Positions 59,628 through 64,000 of a DNA stretch of 64,000 bases are shown here, piece after piece (the first letter of the stretch is position 1; the number at the start of each line of letters is the position of its first letter). The stretch covers positions 1 to 64,000 of IMG/VR virus record IMGVR_UViG_3300005077_000565; one strand, 5' to 3'. The position numbers were made by a program, and so were the translations under genes. The DNA is from a virus. The notes under the pieces were generated by a model. The model had not been told where the DNA came from and did no database searches. It worked only from the letters and a program-made list of their open reading frames with translations.

Positions 59628-60540
59628 TCTATTTGATAACCCAGTTACACATAGCTGGGTCGATGTCATTGAAAAAAAATTAGCCGAGCCTAACACCAGT
59701 GTAGAATCTCATACACCACACGGTGTATTTCCTGCATTCGACAACAAATATGAAGTAAATAAAATACTCTACGATCATGTACAGGTTGCCAAGCAGCTGA
59801 AATCTGATCTATATTGGCCAAAAAATGTCGACGACATTGATCAGGAATTATTAAATCGATTACATGAAAATTTTCATGAAGTACAGGAAAAGTATCTAGA
59901 TTCCAAATATCAGTCAGGTTATCCCGACGAAATAAAACCAGTGGCCAATGCCTTTGCTAAAATTAATCACTATGTGCATACACTGGAAAACATTTTAAAG
60001 TGGCAGGATCAGCCCGAGCAAGTACGTGCAAATCGTCAGAGCTACTACATTATTAATTTTGGATGTCAGGACGAACATTTAAGAAATCCAGTGACGGCGG
60101 AACTGCGGGAGTATTGGAAATACACCTATCATCCAGATCAAAAACGTGCACAATTAATTCTAGGTTATAATACAGTGGGGAAACATCTACTGCACTGTGT
60201 CACTGATAACGACGTTCAGGTGGTCACTGACCATATGATACGTCCGCAGACACTGGTGGGTGGTGAAGCAATGCTGGTGGTGGCCATGGGTGCAAGCATG
60301 ACTACATCACAGCAGGACGCTGATGAACGTAATCGAATAATGGAAACCAGCATAGACCGGTTTGTTGAAAATAACAAACTTCAAGATTATGTCGACTATA
60401 AAAATCCTGAAATTAGATACTGCCTGCAACCACAGCTGGGAGTTGTCAGTGATGAGCATGATAGCTGGACTGAAGAAGATTATTTTGTATTGTGTTCACA
60501 GTATAAATTTACCAGATCTGAAATTATTAGAGAAGAGTAA
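59551..60540 (+). CDS. hypothetical protein, NxLHxxF / NxxVHxxE family (paralog of 61299..62438)
   Basis: LNRLHENF, INHYVHTLE, YNTVGKH, DND. Confidence 0.65.
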   Translation: MIKYRTHWQLNKQSGLMPATQTLTFNLFDNPVTHSWVDVIEKKLAEPNTSVESHTPHGVFPAFDNKYEVNKILYDHVQVAKQLKSDLYWPKNVDDIDQELLNRLHENFHEVQEKYLDSKYQSGYPDEIKPVANAFAKINHYVHTLENILKWQDQPEQVRANRQSYYIINFGCQDEHLRNPVTAELREYWKYTYHPDQKRAQLILGYNTVGKHLLHCVTDNDVQVVTDHMIRPQTLVGGEAMLVVAMGASMTTSQQDADERNRIMETSIDRFVENNKLQDYVDYKNPEIRYCLQPQLGVVSDEHDSWTEEDYFVLCSQYKFTRSEIIREE

Positions 60541-60546
60541 CAGTCT

Positions 60547-61302
60547 ATGAGCTTTCCTGAAAGAGTTTTGCTACTGGGATTAGCCCGCGGAGGGACTACC
60601 TATCTTCGCCAGCTACTTCGTAGTTGTATGCAACTCAATGATGGAAATACATTAATTGAACCCTACGGTGATATCGATCGTCGCTGCTGGGGGACTCGTG
60701 AAATTTCTAGGAAACAAGCCAAGGAAGAATATATTCAACTGTCTGCTAGGATTCAGAGTATACCCAATAATGAAAAATTCTTAATAAAGGACCATATTGG
60801 ACACTATGCTGACTGGTCTAAATTTTTTAATCAACCGTTTCCTTTTAGAACGATATACAAAAATTTTTATGTAATCAAACTTATACGGTATGATTTATTT
60901 GGTCTTAGTACCAGTCTATCTTTATCACAAACAACTAAAAAATATACGTATTTTGATGCTGATGCACAACCACGCGGTGTAGTAATACCCATTGATATTT
61001 TTGAACTAGCAGTGTTGACACAATGGAAATATTTATTAATGTTACATGACTGGCCAGATTGCGATATCGTTATTAATTACGACGATTTAACCGGAGACCA
61101 TCAGCTGGATCTGAAGCAACTGTTTAATGTAACTGGACACATTGATATTGATCCGCGGCAGATTAATATACAACGTAGTATCCCCTATACTGAATCAATA
61201 TCAAACTTCGATGAAATTCAGAAGAAATTTTTAGAAATAGTAACGAATTTAAAATCAGATATTTTAAATATTAACGAAAACAGAAAGGTAACTAAAAAAT
61301 GA
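60547..61302 (+). CDS. sulfotransferase-family protein
   Basis: 5'-PSB-like LLGLARGGTTYL, EPY, 3'-PB-like LIR...S, INYDDL. Confidence 0.7.
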   Translation: MSFPERVLLLGLARGGTTYLRQLLRSCMQLNDGNTLIEPYGDIDRRCWGTREISRKQAKEEYIQLSARIQSIPNNEKFLIKDHIGHYADWSKFFNQPFPFRTIYKNFYVIKLIRYDLFGLSTSLSLSQTTKKYTYFDADAQPRGVVIPIDIFELAVLTQWKYLLMLHDWPDCDIVINYDDLTGDHQLDLKQLFNVTGHIDIDPRQINIQRSIPYTESISNFDEIQKKFLEIVTNLKSDILNINENRKVTKK

Positions 61303-62438
61303 GCGAAAAATTCTTTATAACATTCAGGGATGCCGACAACGCATCTAAACCACACGCAAAACTGTTCCTGACCCCCACAGGGCATGCGCTGAGCCAATTC
61401 TGGGCAAAGACACTGAAGGAAAACTTCTTAAATCCCGATAATGTGTCGCAGAGCAAAGGCATCAACAAGATGTTCTGTTTCCAGGGCTGGCAAAAATCCT
61501 GGGACGATACAGCTTATACACGTAACTTGAAGGTACAATGCGACGAATTAAATATCGCCATTGCCGAAGTTAATCGCCATTATGGTCCATATGGGTATCC
61601 GCATATTGATACTGTGGTCACTGAAGAAAGGGTTCGCGGCCCAGAGTTCCGTGATATTATGAACGACCTGCACCATCACTTTGAATTATTAATCGGACAG
61701 GTCGGCAAAACCAGTGATTGGTACAATAAACCCGGGACTGATCTTAGTCGCTACTATGTAACACAATTAAATTTCTTAGTACACGAAATTGAAGCAACAG
61801 TCAAGTACCTTCGCGATGGGCTAGGTGGAAAGTGTGTGTACGTTAACTTTAATGGACCAAGACCCACAGGTAGCTATGAGCCCAAGGGTAAAATGTACCC
61901 ACTGGAGGACGAGCACTACGAGTGTTTCGTTGATCAATATCCCCAATGGGGCATGCTGACAGCCTACTATAGCCAGCTGGGTAAACAACATATTGAAGTT
62001 TTTAATGATAATGACGACTGTATACATGATGAAAACATCAGTGGAATTCAGTGGATGGTGGGTGAGAGTATTCTGTGTCTCGTAGACAACGATCCAAACT
62101 CACCCCCGGCTAATCGCATTCGTGGAGACTACTTAAATTGGTTATTGGCCAATGGATTCGACCCCATGGATAAAAGACTGGCTCTGGGTATTGGTGTATT
62201 GGCTAAAGTAGATGTCAATGATAATCAACATCTTGGATCGGATTGGCGTGAAATTGACGCCAAGTTGTCGGAATATGACGATATCTATGAAATTGGTTTC
62301 TGTGATGAACAATTAAACACCACAGTTAGCCAGGTCTATGAGTATACCTGGAAATCACGTCAACAAGAAGTAGTAGCTGCCATGGAAGAACTGGCTGGCT
62401 GGCAGAGCAACAACAAGACGGTTGCCGTCAACGAATAA
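61299..62438 (+). CDS. hypothetical protein, NxLHxxF / NxxVHxxE family
   Basis: MNDLHHHFE, LNFLVHEIE, YSQLGKQ, DND. Confidence 0.65.
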   Translation: MSEKFFITFRDADNASKPHAKLFLTPTGHALSQFWAKTLKENFLNPDNVSQSKGINKMFCFQGWQKSWDDTAYTRNLKVQCDELNIAIAEVNRHYGPYGYPHIDTVVTEERVRGPEFRDIMNDLHHHFELLIGQVGKTSDWYNKPGTDLSRYYVTQLNFLVHEIEATVKYLRDGLGGKCVYVNFNGPRPTGSYEPKGKMYPLEDEHYECFVDQYPQWGMLTAYYSQLGKQHIEVFNDNDDCIHDENISGIQWMVGESILCLVDNDPNSPPANRIRGDYLNWLLANGFDPMDKRLALGIGVLAKVDVNDNQHLGSDWREIDAKLSEYDDIYEIGFCDEQLNTTVSQVYEYTWKSRQQEVVAAMEELAGWQSNNKTVAVNE

Positions 62439-62468
62439 TTAATCGTAAATAAAGGGATCTTGTTTTTT

Positions 62469-62502
62469 AAGCTGCTCGATTTTTTGTCTGAGCAGCTTTT
62501 TT
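62469..62502 (+). terminator. Rho-independent terminator
   Basis: aagctgctc...gagcagctttttt. Confidence 0.7.
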
Positions 62503-62566
62503 CTACGTCGTTCGCGCAGCGGCTGTAGTATCAGATCTATTATTTTTTTAAGTAAGTTTTTCATGA

Positions 62567-62574
62567 TATAAATA
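62567..62574 (+). promoter_or_regulatory. late promoter TATAAATA, 5 nt before ATG 62580
   Basis: Exact consensus; no SD present. Confidence 0.7.
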
Positions 62575-62579
62575 TTTAT

Positions 62580-63293
62580 ATGACTAGTTTATACAATTTT
62601 GGTTCCAGCCACAGCATTGGCTGGAACTGTAGTACCAGTTACAGTAAAATTCTAGCACAGCAATATTCAGCTGACTGGATAGATCATGGTCACGCTGGCT
62701 GCAGCCCGGAGCATTTATTGATGTTAATGCAATTGCACGACTATAGAATAAAGCAAGAAGATATTGTGCTGATCCAACTAAGTCCCACACCACACACTAG
62801 TATACACATTGACCCGCGAAGTGATATTGTCGGGCATGAAAATTATCGTTATTATTTCTACAGTTATCGTTCAATGACAGAATTGGATTCGCAACAGGAA
62901 GATGATTTTATATATGCTCTTAAAGCCTATAAGACATTTGTAAACACGCCGGAAGATCAGTGGCTACACTACCTAGTCTATCTAAATTCTGTGATTGCTC
63001 GAATTCGAGAATTGCCCTGCAGAGTATTTGCGTTCTTTGATCAGCCGCTGCCGGATTTGAATCAGGCAGCTGAGCCAGTTGCGCAGCTATACAACAATAT
63101 TATCACCGAAGTCGAGTCGACTTTGAACGCATTAACTCTAGAGGAATTTGCTAAAGCTCTAACATCATGTGATATATATGCCAGAAATTCCGACGGCTCT
63201 CTGGACGCGGCCCACTATAATGAAGATGTGCACGCCCAGTGGGCTAACTATATTGATCAACAAATAAAATTAAAGTATGAAAAGTCTGTATAA
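62580..63293 (+). CDS. SGNH/GDSL hydrolase-fold protein
   Basis: FGSSHSIG (block I), HAGCS, DAAH (DxxH). Confidence 0.7.
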   Translation: MTSLYNFGSSHSIGWNCSTSYSKILAQQYSADWIDHGHAGCSPEHLLMLMQLHDYRIKQEDIVLIQLSPTPHTSIHIDPRSDIVGHENYRYYFYSYRSMTELDSQQEDDFIYALKAYKTFVNTPEDQWLHYLVYLNSVIARIRELPCRVFAFFDQPLPDLNQAAEPVAQLYNNIITEVESTLNALTLEEFAKALTSCDIYARNSDGSLDAAHYNEDVHAQWANYIDQQIKLKYEKSV

Positions 63294-63936
63294 TTTTGGC
63301 GCAAGCCATGCTGCTGGTTACGGTGCCAACACCAGCTACTCGAAAATAATATCAGAACGTCTAGGAACAAAACATGTTGAACTGGCACGTGCCGGCTCCA
63401 GTACCGAACATTTATTAATGACACTGCAATTAAATGCCAGACATATTAGTACTGATGACGCTGTATTAATTCAATTGCAGCCACATTACATGCATACATT
63501 ACACTATGATGCCAGGTATGATGATAGATTGTACCACTACAATGCGATGACATTATTGGATAGAGAACCCGACAGTGATTTTGTCTACGGTTTAAAATTA
63601 TATAAAACATTTGTAAACACGCCCGTAGACCAGTTGTTGCACTATCTAATACATATTAATTCGATATTTGACATCATTGATAAACTTGATTGCAAAAAAT
63701 TTATATTTTTTGATCACATTTTTAGGTTTCCTGAAACTTCCATTCAGATAATACTTCAACTAATCGACATGGTAAAGAGTAGAGATATTGCCGATCGGGA
63801 AATATACACCGACTTTGCACGTGCTCTACCTTTTGATGATAAGTACAGTAAATTATCCGACGGATCCATGGATAATATTCATTTTAACGACCGGGTACAC
63901 ACTGAGTGGGCCCAATATATTTTAACAAAATTATGA
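63277..63936 (+). CDS. SGNH/GDSL hydrolase-fold protein (tandem paralog)
   Basis: FGASHAAG, RAGSS, DNIH; shares LKxYKTFVNTPxDQxLHYL with the upstream gene. Confidence 0.7.
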   Translation: MKSLYNFGASHAAGYGANTSYSKIISERLGTKHVELARAGSSTEHLLMTLQLNARHISTDDAVLIQLQPHYMHTLHYDARYDDRLYHYNAMTLLDREPDSDFVYGLKLYKTFVNTPVDQLLHYLIHINSIFDIIDKLDCKKFIFFDHIFRFPETSIQIILQLIDMVKSRDIADREIYTDFARALPFDDKYSKLSDGSMDNIHFNDRVHTEWAQYILTKL

Positions 63937-64000
63937 TCTGGATTTTTGGTGACAGTTTTAGTGCTGACCCACGTGGCTGGCCTGGATTAATACAAAGTAA
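63933..64000 (+). CDS. start of a third SGNH-fold protein (partial)
   Basis: Manual translation MIWIFGDSFSADPRGWPGLIQS, with canonical FGDS. Confidence 0.65.
   Translation, partial: MIWIFGDSFSADPRGWPGLIQS

Overview
The window is 64 kb of a large T4-superfamily-like (gp23/gp20/gp55-type) myovirus genome in standard genetic code. 1-14 kb (minus strand) is a modular fibre/appendage region: C1q, fibrinogen-like and LamG/ConA lectin proteins, a 1554-aa fibre with an S74 chaperone, and a cluster of broken gene remnants at 11.2-11.8 kb. 14-22 kb (minus) is the head module (MCP, scaffold, protease, portal) plus a tape-measure-like gene. 22-23.2 kb (plus) holds a gp26-like chaperone whose end carries a canonical -1 slippery site leading into the next ORF. 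23.2-23.7 kb is an ORF-free, hairpin-dense stretch, a candidate large ncRNA. 23.7-28.2 kb (minus) is a sigma70-promoter-led gp55-gp47-gp46-resolvase operon. 28.3-52.5 kb (plus) is the baseplate module (gp48/54-, gp53-, gp27-like, gp5-M15 peptidase, gp25, gp6, a 3501-aa wedge protein). 52.5-64 kb (plus) is a modification cluster: glycosyltransferase-like genes, twin radical SAM enzymes, a sulfotransferase, an unknown His/Glu-motif paralog pair and SGNH proteins. T4-type late promoter motifs (NNTAAATA) precede many units. Best candidates for new biology: the structured RNA behind the resolvase, the gp26/gp51-like programmed frameshift, and the putative virion-surface modification cluster. All family calls come from motif recognition by eye; no database searches were run.
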